From: the human T2T-CHM13v2.0 reference genome, Homo sapiens
Strand: one strand, 5' to 3'
Assembly: GCF_009914755.1 (NCBI RefSeq)
Contig: NC_060935.1
DNA length: 64,000 bases
Under the pieces are notes generated by a model, which was not told where the DNA came from, made no database searches, and saw nothing but the letters and a program-made list of their open reading frames with translations. The position numbers and the translations under genes were made by a program. Shown here piece by piece: positions 1 to 12,735 of this stretch; the first letter of the stretch is position 1; every line of letters begins with the position of its first letter.

Positions 1-1444
1 ATTTAGGAGACTCTGAGTGAAGATGCAGAGATAGGAAAATAGGGATTGTTTTCTGGGAACATGAAAGAGCTTCATTCAGTGAAGCATACAATTTCTGCAC
101 AGGGAGAGGCTGTAGTAAAAAATGGTAGGAAAGAACACACAAACAAGATGTAGTGAAGAATAACAAAATGTAGATAAGAGAATGCAGACATTTGAAAGAC
201 AGATATTTTGAAATTCTTTCAAAAAGAGGAAAACATTGGAGGTTCTGGGTATGAAAGTAGATAAGCCAGTGTCAGACCCGTTGACTTAATTGATTAATTT
301 CTTGTCTTTACTCTCTTTCGTGCTTTATGTTCTACTATGCAAACATGTGTATGCATATGTACACATATTATAGTGGGTTGGTGAGTCTGTAATGCAAACA
401 TTTCTTTTAGGAATTTGGAGCCCTCCATGCAAATCCTTATGCTAAGTCCCTTTCCACCTTGTGCTCTTTCTTGTCTTTTTCTTTTCTCACAGATGCTTCA
501 CTTCAAACTTCTCCATACTTTCTCTCCTATTGTGTGGTTTGCAGCTCTCTTACCATGCTGGCTCTCTCTGTGGTCAGACATGACTCTGCCATCAGGAACA
601 GCTGGCACACTCTCTGCAGAGCCTGCCCTCCCCTGCCACTCCTTTGACCCCAGCCCCTTTCAGAGACCAGTATTTACCAGTACAGGCTTCACCCTCTAAC
701 ATCCAGAGCAAAAGCTGCATTCCATATGGAGGTGACAACTGTAATTCTGTTTTAACTAGGAGTAGTAAGAACTGGACATCTACTCCTTGGAAACCCTGGC
801 TTTGAAGCAAAAAGACTGTTCTATTTTTAATCCTATTACAGATCAGCCTTCAGGAGCTAAAACATCTATGCTGCCTATGGTGTTTTGGGTTTCCTCCAAA
901 TGTCTCAGAAGCATCTTTGAGCATGATTGCAATGGGTTCTTAATTTATGGAGATTTACACAGCAGGAGATGGAATTTTAACTCTGCCAGCCATGTTCATT
1001 GGTTTCACATGGCCTGGTCTGGAGCAACTCTATCTGATGGAGACTAGGGTTGCATCTATCCCCACACCCAGCCTACCCCCACCACACACACCCATATCTA
1101 ATAACCTCATTAGAAGAGGGGAAAATCCTCATGATATACAGGTGTGGTAGAAGAGGGACTTAATAATTTTTGACATTCAAATCAAGAGCTACACAGCGAT
1201 TTTTTTCTGGTCCACGTCCTGGTATAGAGCTTTACAATTCCCATCAGTTCAGCAAATATATACCAATAATTCACCAGGTACTAGGCCTGGAAAATCACCA
1301 ACAATTGGGAAATACGTAAACTCTTCTCTCATTGACCTTATAATCAGGTAAAGGAAAAAGTAAATGGAATAAAATGATACTATATTGTTACAAGCGCCCG
1401 ACAGATGTGCTGTGGGAGCAGGGGAAGAATATCCTTTCATAAAT

Positions 1445-1700
1445 AAGTAGCACAGATGCCTAGAGCCTTGGAGCACAGGCAGACAGACAGGGTCAGAATC
1501 CCAGCTGGAGCACTTCCTAGCTCTGCAACCTTGGGCATGTTACTCAACCTCTCTGTGCCACAGTTTCTTTATCTGTAAAATTGAGATAAGGAAATACTTG
1601 CCTAATGGGATAGATGTGAGGATTAAATGAGAAACTACATGAAGAGCAACTGGCACAAGGCATGGCACATAGACAATGCTCAGTAAATGTTGACTAATAT
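1445..1700 (+). mobile_element. MIR SINE
   Basis: MIR core 'ccttgggcatgttactcaacctctctgtgccacagtttctttatctgtaaaattgagataa' followed by MIR 3' tail 'gctcagtaaatgttg'. Confidence 0.85.
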
Positions 1701-1870
1701 AGGATTTTTGTTATTTGCACTCCAAACAAATACCCATTTAGTATTGGTCCAATCACATCAGACCACTTCTTGGATCCTAAACATGCTCTGTCGCCATGCA
1801 TTTATTCACATTGTTCTCTCCATCTAGTTGCCCTTCCTCTTTCACTGCATGTATTAAAACTCTACCCATC

Positions 1871-2574
1871 AGTATTAGTTTCCCATGAATGCTGTAATGA
1901 ATTACCACAAACTAGGTGGCTTAAAACAGAAATTTATTTTATCATAGCTCTGGAGGCCAGAATTATGACATCCAAGTTATTGGCAGGGCTACACCCCATC
2001 TGAGTGGAATGAAGCGATCTCGGCTCACTGCAACCTCCGCCTCCCGGGTTCAAGAAATTCTCCTGCCTCAGCCTCTTGAGTAGCTGGAATTACAGGTGCC
2101 CACCACCATGTCGAGATAATTTTTTGTATTTTTAGTAGAAATGGGGTTTCACCAAGTTAGCCAAGCCAGTCTTGAACTCCTGATCTCAGGTGATCTGCCC
2201 ACCTCAGTCTCCCAAAGTGTCAGGATTACAAGCGTGAGCCACCATGCCCGGCCCTCCTCCAGGTTCTAATGACTGACCACATTCCTTGGCTAATGTCCCC
2301 ACCTCTCCAATCTCTGCCTCTGTGGTCACAATGCCTCTTCCTATCTATCTATAAAATCTTTTTCTGTCTTATTTTTATGAGGATTGTTGTCATTGGATTT
2401 AAGAGGGCCTACCCTGATAATACAGGATAAACTCCTTCTCCCAAAACCTTTTCTTCTCTCAGAATCTTTTGGCAGGTAAGGTAATATTTACTCTTTAAAT
2501 ATATAAGGTAATATGCATAGGTTCTGGGGATTAGCACATGGACATATCTTTTGGGACCACCATTTAGCCCTCTG
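1871..2574 (-). mobile_element. MLT1C-like MaLR solo LTR, interrupted by an Alu
   Basis: Antisense MLT1 start 'gtattagtttcc...ttaccacaaactaggtggcttaaaacagaaatttatt' and end 'ggattagcacatggacatatcttttgggaccaccatttagccc'. Confidence 0.8.
2002..2253 (-). mobile_element. AluS (Sx/Sq-like), lacking its 3' end and poly(A) tail
   Basis: 'gatctcggctcactgcaacctccgcctcccgggttcaag...ctcaggtgatctgccc...gtgagccaccatgcccggcc'; no poly(T) at the left end. Confidence 0.93.
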
Positions 2575-2599
2575 GGCCATTTCTTAAGAACCAAATAAA

Positions 2600-2945
2600 T
2601 GTCCCTTTCAGCATGAAGCCTTCCCTGACAGTATCCAGCTCAAAGTAGTCTTTCCACAACTTGAGACTCCATAACACTATTTTTATATCTCTTAACACAT
2701 TACTATGCTTTAAATTCTTAAGACAGTTATTTTTCTGCAAATCTAATTTTTCCTATCAGACTGCTTCTTATAAAGATAGCTAGACCAAAGGACCTTTACT
2801 TATTCTTCCAAACTGAAGAGTGTATATTTTTCTACTTTAAGTTATTTGACTTTAGGGACCATGATGTTTTAACTTTGTTTGCCTATTGATGTCTACTAAA
2901 CTCTTCAGCAAATAATAGACTAAAGTAAATCTTTCTTGCATGGAT
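2600..2945 (+). mobile_element. L2 3' fragment
   Basis: 'tgaagccttccctgac' and other degenerate L2 3'-region motifs. Confidence 0.5.
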
Positions 2946-5900
2946 GGATCACAGGATAGAAGGATGTATACATGATTGATGTTTTTCAGCCTTTAAAAGT
3001 AGTTTTGTTTCAGAAGCATACAGAGGCAAATATGTTTCACCAAAATATTTCAAACAGTGGCCCTGTGAAGATTCTGTCAGAACAGCTTTCTAACATTAGG
3101 CGGGAATATTTTGATTCTGAATCATTTCTTCACACCTCCTGCAGAGCAGGGTATAAGTCTCTTGTATAGCATTTTCTCATCATGTCATGTAAAGTAGGGA
3201 AAGCATGTTCTTCCTCACAGTAGCTGGAGACTCTTTCTTGGGCAATGACAGTGAACATGCTAGGCTTTGGCTTATAGTTGGGGAAATCCACTTTGCAGTT
3301 GGCAGGACACATAACCAAATTACAGAATTTGCCATGCCGCCCTGCTAGCTTCTAATTATCGATGATCATGTTGAAGTCTGGAGGGCAAAGTGTAGTTATA
3401 AAGTATGGCAATAAAGTTGTCCTTGGTTGGACCATCATTTTGTAATGTGCAAGCAGTGACTGATGTGACAGGCTACACCACAGGCCATCTGCAGTCTACC
3501 GAAAGGATGTGTCTGGCTCCAACACCAGGCTCAGGCTACTCTCGAACTTGACATTTTGCGTGAACAGCTGGAAGGTACACAGGCTTATGGTGCTATGCTC
3601 CAGCTTCATTTTCACTCCATAAGCTCCTCTGAATAAAACTAAATATGCAGATTCACATCCATCTGCTAACCAAAACCTCCTCACTGTTGAAGGACTGTCT
3701 CAACACTGCCTAGTATTTGATCTTTTAGGCATTAAAACTTGAGCAGGGGATTTGGAAATACCAGGGAGGGAAGCCTTACTAGAATTCTAGGAGCTCCACA
3801 TAGACCACAGGGAGCTTAAAGCTAGAGTATCTTACTATGAATATCAGAAAGAAGGCAATAAAAGCTAAAACACAGAAATAGCTTGGATTTCCCCCAGCGC
3901 ACATGTGCAGATGCCTGCCTGCTAGGATACCCAGTGTCAAGACCAGAGTTCCATCTCTATCTCTAGGCTCATCCCATAGCTTTAGATACAATTTCCCTTC
4001 CTCTCTGACTTTGTTTTTGGATTACTGTTTTTCACTATGTGTTCAGTGGTGGGTAATATTATTATACTCTATTTTATGGCTTTTTATGAAACCATTATTT
4101 TGGAAATAAGAAGTATTTAGGAACACAAGTAAATAGAAATAGAAGGAAATAAAAGATCATAAACTGCTTATCAAATATTAAAATGTGGGAAAATTACATT
4201 TTTTAAAAAAGAAAAGAACAACAGATTTGCCTGCTAGGAAAAGAACTGTCCTTGGCTTGGAAGAAATGAGCTATAGTTCAAACTTACTAGTAACTGTGGG
4301 TCCTTAAATAAGTCACTCTTTTGCTCCATGATTTGTGTCTTATTCCACCTTTTAGCAAACACATTCAAGCATCTTCTATGTGCCAAGAACTTGCTGGAAA
4401 ACATCACAAAAGTTAATATTTTCTGGAGATCAAGGAATGAAACTCAGCCCTCTGCAAGTATGATTTCATTTGATGTCACACCAGTTTAATTAAATTAGTG
4501 CTATAATCCCTCACTTTATAGATGGGGAAACTAGTATTAAAGAGTTTGCACAGTGGTAAGCCGTGAAACTGTAATTCAAATCAGACTCTAGGGCTCTAAA
4601 ACTCTGACACTAACACAACAGACTGCTTTCAAGGAGCCCAGGATACAGACAATTGCAACCCTGCTTGGAACAATAATTAGACAAAAAATAAAAATAAAAG
4701 CAACCCAAAATAAGTTTTTGAAAACATATTTTAGTAAATTGGAAGGAGACTAGAAAAAGCATATAATAAAAAGGAAGAGGAAATAAAACTTATCAAGATG
4801 ATGTTGTCTGAAGAGTCAATTAGAATATTCTACTCTAGATGCTGAATGTTTCTCCCATATGCATAATGATTGCCCTTTTATTGCTTAGGTCTATGCATGA
4901 TCTCCTCTAGTACCAGCAAGAAATTTCCTGAAATATTCTTGATTATAGCATGGCCCTGACCTGAACATAGTTCTAAAATGTACTCTGGCCATCAAAAGAG
5001 AAGATGTTTGACAGCTTTGCCTTCACTGTGTGACAGGTCTATATTCAAGATTTGCATGAGAATATTTGTACTTTTCATTGGGAACAGATGGACCAGCAGT
5101 TTAACATGAAAATGAACCCAGGCGTAGCAGTCAGTAGTAGAGAGTTGAAAGCAAAGAAGGCAAGTCCCAAAGAAGCCTGGGAAGTGATGAGCACTGGAGC
5201 TAAGGGAAGGTGCATTCACTGAGCACATTCCTTCATCTCAACTGTTTGTTTATTCATTTAAAATGTAAAGTTGGCTTAATACACAAGACCAAAAAGTTTC
5301 TTTAAAAACCACCTCTCATTTAAGGACCAATTTGATGATCACCTCCACACTGCTGCCTTTGCTGACTAAAAATAGATGAGGCCCACAGAGCTTTGTACAT
5401 TTTATTAAAGCATTTATATGAGTCATCACATTTAATTCTATATTAACACTCTGCCTCCTCAGATGGAACACAAACGCCTGGTACATGGATGCTACAATGA
5501 AAAGAATATGGGTGCTGAAATCAGAGAGAATCATCCAAGGTCAGAATTGAAAGTGACAGAATTAAGTTAATTAACCTTGTAAGCCTTCTTTTCTTCATCT
5601 GCCAATTGGAGATGATAATAATGTCTACTTACTAGAAGTCATGTGAGGAGAAATTAAGAAAATACATGGAAAATATTAACACAGTTCTCGTCACTCAACA
5701 AAGCTGAAATGTGAAAGTATTTTTACTAGTCTCATCTCCCTGATGCCAAATCAAAATGCTGATAATTAACTGGATGAATACTATTTTGCCTATGGCTTAT
5801 AATTAGAATAATCAATATAATAAAACCACAGAAACCATGGAAAATAACTAGAATTATCTGTGAGAAACACTGTGGGTATTGATGAAAACTGTCCTAAAAG

Positions 5901-6509
5901 ATTTTCCATGTCTTGGTGGTCCTCTTATATTTGTCAAGGGTACTGAAGTAAAATATGAGTCCAGACCCCTCTTCCCAGGCATCCAATGCATTCATAATTT
6001 TCTCCCTTTATCCCCAGGGTCCCAAATTAAGGTAAGCACTTACTAGCAAGTTCCTCAGGCTCTAGACTGCTCTGGAGTGGCTCTTTGACTTTGAGCAAAT
6101 TATTCTATTTCTGCATCTCTAAAGGAGTAATAATAAACCTACTTTATAACAATCTCATGAGGATTACATTTGAAAATATGCATAAAGTAACTCCATAAAA
6201 TATACTATAAATGCAATTTTTTTCTCCCTCCTTTTCACCCTCCTCACCATTCTGATAAAGTGTCCTGATAATAAAAAGAGTAAAATGATAGATTCAGTCA
6301 CACCTAGGTATCAATGACTAAAGTCAAAGCTTTTCCTCTGCTATTCCCAGCCTCTTTGGCTTGCCTTTTCCCACAGCTGGGACCACTTAATTCCCACATG
6401 CAGGTTTAGACCTGCTCCTCCCCCTGGGACTGCCTTGCTTTCATGCCACAGGCATTTAAACACCTTCCTCCCAACTTGGGCAAGGGAGAGGAAAAGAAAT
6501 AATTCACAA

Positions 6510-6740
6510 ATCCACCCATCCATTCACTCATGCCATCATTTAGTAAACATTTAATGAACAGATATCATGTGCCAGGCTCTGAACTAAGTACTAGAGACAT
6601 GAAGACAACAACAAATCATAATGATAATACATGGTCCATGCCCTCATATTGCTCACAATTTAGTGAGCGAGACAGAAATGTAAACAGAACACTGCAATGC
6701 AGCCTGATGAGTACAATGCAAGATGCAGAAATAAGCTCCA
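6510..6740 (-). mobile_element. L2 3' end
   Basis: 'cattcactca...tttagtaaacatttaatgaacagatatcatgtgccaggctctgaactaagtactagagacat' matches an antisense L2 tail. Confidence 0.75.
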
Positions 6741-8094
6741 GTGGAGAGATGCTTGAGTTGTGTCTGTGTCATTAAGAAAAAGCAGCAGCTCATGTATCTC
6801 TACCTCAAATGCTAATTCTGGTTTTTCATTACCTTTCTTGGCAACCCAGTGCCTCCAGGGCAGGAGTCCTGCTTTGCTCTAGTCAATGGCTCTCTCAGAG
6901 ACCCAAGTCCTTTCTTTGCACCCAAGCCAATGATTAGGGCCCAAACCATGTTAGTAGGCTGCTCTGATGTTCTTACCCATGCCTGGATTCCTGAGGTTGC
7001 CTCCCCAGGTGACCCACAAGCCTATTGGACACATGTCTAGGCTCTGCAGTATTCTCTGAGTTACCATAAAATAGCATGCATGCTGTCTTGCCAAACAAGA
7101 ATTTCTCTCTGCACCTACAGGTGGGTCTCCTCTGTCCTTACAATCTCCAGTCACACCTTAACCACTTTTCCAGATGATCCTTATGCATGCTGAACTCTGA
7201 GAGCCACCAGTGAAGAAGATAAGTGACCCATCTACCTGTAGCTGGAAAATAAAGGCTCTTTGGGATTCTTTCCCATGAGTCTTCATTTCACCATATTGGT
7301 GAGAGAAGGCATTCAGGCCCAATAATTAACTGAACATTAGCTGTGTACCAGACACTGTGGTCGACATTGAGATATAACGGTGAGTGAAGGCACAGCACGT
7401 GGGGCTTCCTATAGTCACATATGTGACCCATACGCTAGAACAGTTTTACCCACGGTGTGAATGGTGATAGGTATGGAAGGAATAGTTGTATGTTTGTCTC
7501 CAGTGTCCCATGGTTCCAAAAAATGCTATGTCTGCAGAGGTCCCAATATCTGAAGGTAATAAAATTAAATAAGTGCCAATAGCCAGGTAGGTCTCTTTCC
7601 TGTCTTAACTCTCTTTGATTCTCACAGTCTCTTATGAGAGCTATACATTAAACATAATTATACTAAAAACACACTTTTAAGAACAATTGAGATAGGGCTA
7701 AAAATAAAAAGTAGCTACAATATGGCAGGAATTGTTCTGCATATAAAGTCCAAGAAAAGGTAAATTAGAGACAATTTCTGCTTTAAGTAGCTCACAGTAG
7801 GGAAAGAAAATAGTATAAAAATTACCATGAAATATAAATTATAAAATGCTTTATGTTCAAGTGATTGATTGATTGTGCATGTGAAGGATGATTTTTACAA
7901 GTGCCTGAAAAAACTGAGTTCCACATTTTATAGACTATTGATTTGGAATTGTAGATGCCGAGTCACCTCCACCTAACTATCAGATTGACAATTTTCTGGA
8001 TGTATTTCAATGGTGAAGCATTTTTCAAGAAAGGTACATTGCAATGCCTTCACATACCTGATGACAAGAGAAGATTATGCAGTTATATAATAAC

Positions 8095-8330
8095 AGCCTC
8101 CATTTGCTAGTCCTAACCTTATGCTCAGCATCATGCCAAGACACAGAGTATTATAAATAATTCTCACAAGTATCCTATAAAGTCAGCAATATTGTTGTTG
8201 CCAGTTTTCAGATGAAGAAACTGAGTTTCAGAGACAACAGTTAACTTGCTAGATCAAGGGCCAGGCAGTGACAAAACTGATTTGGACCCATGTCTCTCTC
8301 ACTCCAGCACCCAAAATCTTTTCTGCTATG
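8095..8330 (-). mobile_element. MIR SINE
   Basis: 'ccagttttcagatgaagaaactgagtttcagagac...aacttgc' matches the antisense MIR core. Confidence 0.75.
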
Positions 8331-10199
8331 GCATGCTACCTTGAATACACCTTATCCTCTCTAAATTTTGATTTTATTTTTTATTTTGGCCTACCAAAAT
8401 AAAAAATTTTTCTGAGTTCCTTACATTCACATTTACTGCATGCTTACTCATGCCAGATGCTGTGCCGTGGATACTAATGCAAACAAAACCTTCATCCCTA
8501 AAGGAATTCAATCTTCCCACACCTTTTGATTAGAAAATTTGGTGCTATTAATTATCACATGTTCCATAGCCTTTCATTTAACATATTATACCCATATGAA
8601 GCACCTACTTATACAAGACACTAGTGGCTTTGACCTCAAGGGGCTCCTAGTCTAGTAGAGGGAGAAAAAAGGATTTTAAGCCAACATAATTAATACAACT
8701 AATATAATATTAGAGATATGAAGGAGGGGCTATGCAAACTCAGATGGGTGGGAGAGGTCAGAGAGAACTTCTTGGAAGAGGAATGGAATCCTGCATGAAT
8801 TCCAGAGGGTGAGTAGAATCAGGGTAAAGTGAAGAGTGGATTGTGAGAACATTTGAGGCAAAAAGGCTACAATGTTTTTTTCCAGAATCAGAAGGGCAAC
8901 CACACCTAAATCAACATTAATTTTCCTAACTCATTATGCAAGCACTAAGCACAGGGTTATGCCAGAACACTGGGGTTAGCATTAGGCAGATCCAGTTTCA
9001 AAATTGGCAATCTCTATTCCCTCACCTATAAAATGGGGATAACACCTATTGTGAGGCATGAATAAAATAACTCATAGCCACAGAGTTTAACAGTGGTAAG
9101 CATTATTGGTGTTGTTATTGGCATGGCTATAGCACAGAGTGACAGAGCAGGTCTGTCCATTACCATCTGATTAGGGGCTTATATTATACGTTGTTTCAAG
9201 CCATAAAATAATGTTGCAGAATCTCCCTCATAGTCTCAGAGGGAGGATATGGATCAATGCTGTTTATGGTATGAGAGCCATAATTCTCCTGTGATCAGGC
9301 CAGACACGTCTATGAACAACACATACAGGAGAAAGCAGCAACTGACATCCATTTTTGCTTTGTTTTCTAAGAATGGTAGTGGCCTCAGATTACTTTCTTC
9401 CTCTCAGTGAGCTTGAGCAGAACAAAAACAGAATTTATTTTATTGTACTGCCAACACTTCATTTCATTTCCCTGGAATAATTCTCTGGGTATATCCTTGG
9501 CTGTTTCTTATTTGTCAGTCCTTTCCCAGTGCAGCTTAGGACATCTTAGAGGAGAGATGCTGAATCAATATTTGATCTTTATGTGGGTCCTGGAAAAGCC
9601 CTGAGTACACAACAGTGAGTTTATGCAGAGTCCAAAGCTGCCTTGAATGGAGCCCTGTCCAACTGGGTTAGCTCCTGACCTAGAAGTGAAGCGTGGCTAC
9701 AAAGCTACTTCTTGTATTTTGCCCAGGGCCCCAGAAGAGTCCAGGACATCTAGCTTTAAGAGGTTATGATATGGCTGTCTTAGGGCCACAACCACCACCT
9801 CCATACCGACACTTGGAATTACCTTTTCAGTTACCAGCTCTGAAATGGGTATTAGTGAGCCTGAGATCTAGCCTTAGCTCTGCTGTGTGACTTTAAGCAA
9901 ATCATTGACTTCTCCTGTCTTTGTTTTCTCTTCTACAGATTGAACTAATTGGGCTAGTTTCCAAAGTTACTTCTAGTTTCATGCTATTTAGAAAAACCAG
10001 TATGCTCACATTTAATATTTTAATAACAGGGTACTCATTCAGTCAGTTTGTCATGCATTCATTCAATAAACATTTATTGCACACATACCCCTGCTGGGCA
10101 CTCTGCCAGGGATACTACTGAAAACAAAACTACTTCATGATCTTTTCACTCTTATGGTCTTTGCCCCTCTTGCTGTCTTGCCAAAGATTCAGACACTAA

Positions 10200-10870
10200 C
10201 ACAATCACATAATTGCAAATTTTAGGAGTCTTGATAAATGGCAAGGGAGAAGTAGTGGATAACTCCTTTCTGTCCTTCTCAGAGCAGATCAGTCTTGGAG
10301 ACCTGTATACAATGTTGAGCATTCCATTTAAAGACTCGTGAAGATGAAGTTGAGTATGTCTAGATATGAACAACCTGAGGACACCTCATTGAGATGCTGA
10401 GACTGGGCCACATAAAGTACTAAGAATAAATACACAAGAAAGAGAAGATTTGGGAGAGGGGGGTAGATATTTACCAAAAAAATGTACTTCAAATAATGAA
10501 AGTCATGTGGAAGAAGGATGAAACTTGTCCGAGATGGTCTCATGAGCTAAAATTATGACCAGTGACTGCAAGTTGGAGGAAAATAGATTTTTGCACAACA
10601 TAACATATATCACAACCTAAATATACAACAGAACAGGCTGCTTCAGGAAGTAGTGAATTCTCTATCACTAAAACTATTGAAACTGAGACTAGAAGGATGA
10701 CAATACAGGCAGAGCATATTTAACTATGGTGAGCGAATAAAGGAATGGCTAAATGTATCAATGCATCCTAGGCCCAGAACATATATTTCAGCTTTGCCCA
10801 TGTAGATGAAAAAAATTACCTATAAAATTCCTTTCATTCTGAAAATCTAGAATTGTTGTATCTACGATTC
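10200..10870 (+). mobile_element. L3/CR1 LINE 3' fragment
   Basis: 'cttcaaataatgaaagtcatgtggaagaaggatgaaacttgtcc' and 'aacaggctgcttcaggaagtagtgaattctctatcact' resemble the L3 ORF2 C-terminus and 3' UTR. Confidence 0.65.
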
Positions 10871-11019
10871 TAAGAGACATGTATTGCTCCAATAGAGTGC
10901 TTTGAGGAGCATAGAAAAGGTGCCCAGCCTAACAGATCTTTCTCACCTAATTGGAATTGCAAAGGACTTCATTTTCTGAATCTATAAAATGGCAACAATA
11001 ACACTTATTATAGGCTGTG

Positions 11020-11447
11020 TTCTTCTTATTATTATTATACTTTAAGTTCTAGGGTACATGTGCACAACATGCAGGTTTGTTACGTATGTATACATGTGCC
11101 ATGTTGGTTTGCTGCACCCATTAACTCGTCATTTACATTAGGTATTTCTCTTAATGCTATCCCTCCCCCATCCCTCCACCCCATGACAGGCCCCCCTGTG
11201 TGATGCTCCCTGCCCTGTGTCCAAGTGTTCTCATTGTTCAATTCCCACCTATGAGTGAGAGCATGCTCATAGGTGTTTGGTTTTCTGTCCTTGTGATAGT
11301 TTGCTCAGAATAATGGTTTCCAGCTCAGAATAATGGTTTCCAGCTTCATCCATGTCCCTGCAAAGGACATGAACTCATCCTTTTTTATGGCTGCATTGTA
11401 TTCCATGGTATACATATGCCACGTTTTCTTAATCCAGTCTATCACTG
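11020..11447 (-). mobile_element. L1PA (primate L1) 5'-truncated 3' end, inserted in a MIR
   Basis: 'ttattatactttaagttctagggtacatgtgcacaacatgcaggtttgttac...catgtccctgcaaaggacatgaactcatccttttttatggctgcat'; MIR-like sequence on both flanks. Confidence 0.95.
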
Positions 11448-12139
11448 TTTTATAAAAATTAAAAGAGATAACATATGAGAAGTATCCATACTATGGGATT
11501 AAATAAATTAATCCATGCAACATATTTGGAATAGTACCTAAGCAGGTATTCATTGTAGCTTTGAGCAATAGTATTTGTTCCTTTTATACTTTAAAGACCA
11601 CTTTAGATGAAGGGCACATTAACGTGATCATTACACGAACCCTAAGGGAGAAAGCTGGCTGGATAAGGAATGAAAACTTGTATTGTTGAATCAATTGGAC
11701 TGGAGCTAGCTATCTGAACACTCCCAGATGAGAGAAGTGTCCATAACATCAGACCCAAATGAAAATTCCAGGAGCTTGGGTTTGGATGAGAAGAAATTTT
11801 TAAAAATAAAGACAGGTTACCAAAATATCTTCAAATGTTGGTCAGTGTGTGGGCTGAGTGGATCAAGCTAATAAATACATTTGTTGGCTGTTTTAAAAAT
11901 GGCTTTCAAATCTTTCTTTCCTATTTGTGGTGCTAGTGCCCTTAGGACAGAGAGAAACAACACAGGTAAAAGCAATGAAGCAGGAGCCAGAGACAGCAGG
12001 CAGGATCAAAGCAGAAAGCAGAAACCTGACATGATTCCCTAAGGGGTTAGAGTGTAGCTGCAGACCTTGTGGACTCATCCCTTGAGGAAGGAAAGGGAAA
12101 TGGTGTTAAGCTGGTTGAAACTAATTGTAAAATCTTCCT

Positions 12140-12735
12140 TTCAGTACCCCGCGTCTGCCTCAGTCCATCCTCCACACCAGAATAATCTTCCAGGGAAACA
12201 ATGCTTATTATGTCTACTAAAACCTTCAGTGAGCTCCCCATGGCTATAGGATGTAGCACAAGTGCCTTGGCATCAACCAGCCCAGTTCCCCTCTTGGGCT
12301 TCATGTCCCACTTTCAGTGTATGTTATCTGTGCTCTGTCATCTGGGCTTTTACACCATCCCAAGACTTTTTGTGGTCTCCCTGCCATTACATGTGCCATT
12401 CTGGCCTCCTGATACCATTTTTCTGCCCCACAGATCCACCTCCCCACCCTGTCCTACATAAATCCATCCTTTTTTAAACCCTTCTTTCCTTAAAATCTTG
12501 CCATACCACTAGAGAAGCCTTTCTCCAATATTTCCACCACCTGAATGCAATCCCCAAGCTCAACGGGGTTCATTTTTTCCCAGAGAACTTTTCTTCACAT
12601 CTCTACAGAGTTTTGAGAAAAAGTCAAGTCAAAGTCTCACTTCCCAGATCGACAGTGAAATCTTCAGAGACTATATTATTATATCCTGAGTGCAGGGCAA
12701 TTAGTAGGTGCAGCTAATTTGTTAAATAAATAACT
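12140..12735 (+). mobile_element. L2 fragment
   Basis: Degenerate L2 3' region ending 'gtaggtgcagctaatttgttaaataaataa'. Confidence 0.55.

Noticed and set aside
3472-3574. Coiled-coil-like peptide ATLELDILREQLE as a coding exon
   Set aside because: No pyrimidine tract at the acceptor, weak donor, and no recognised protein match.
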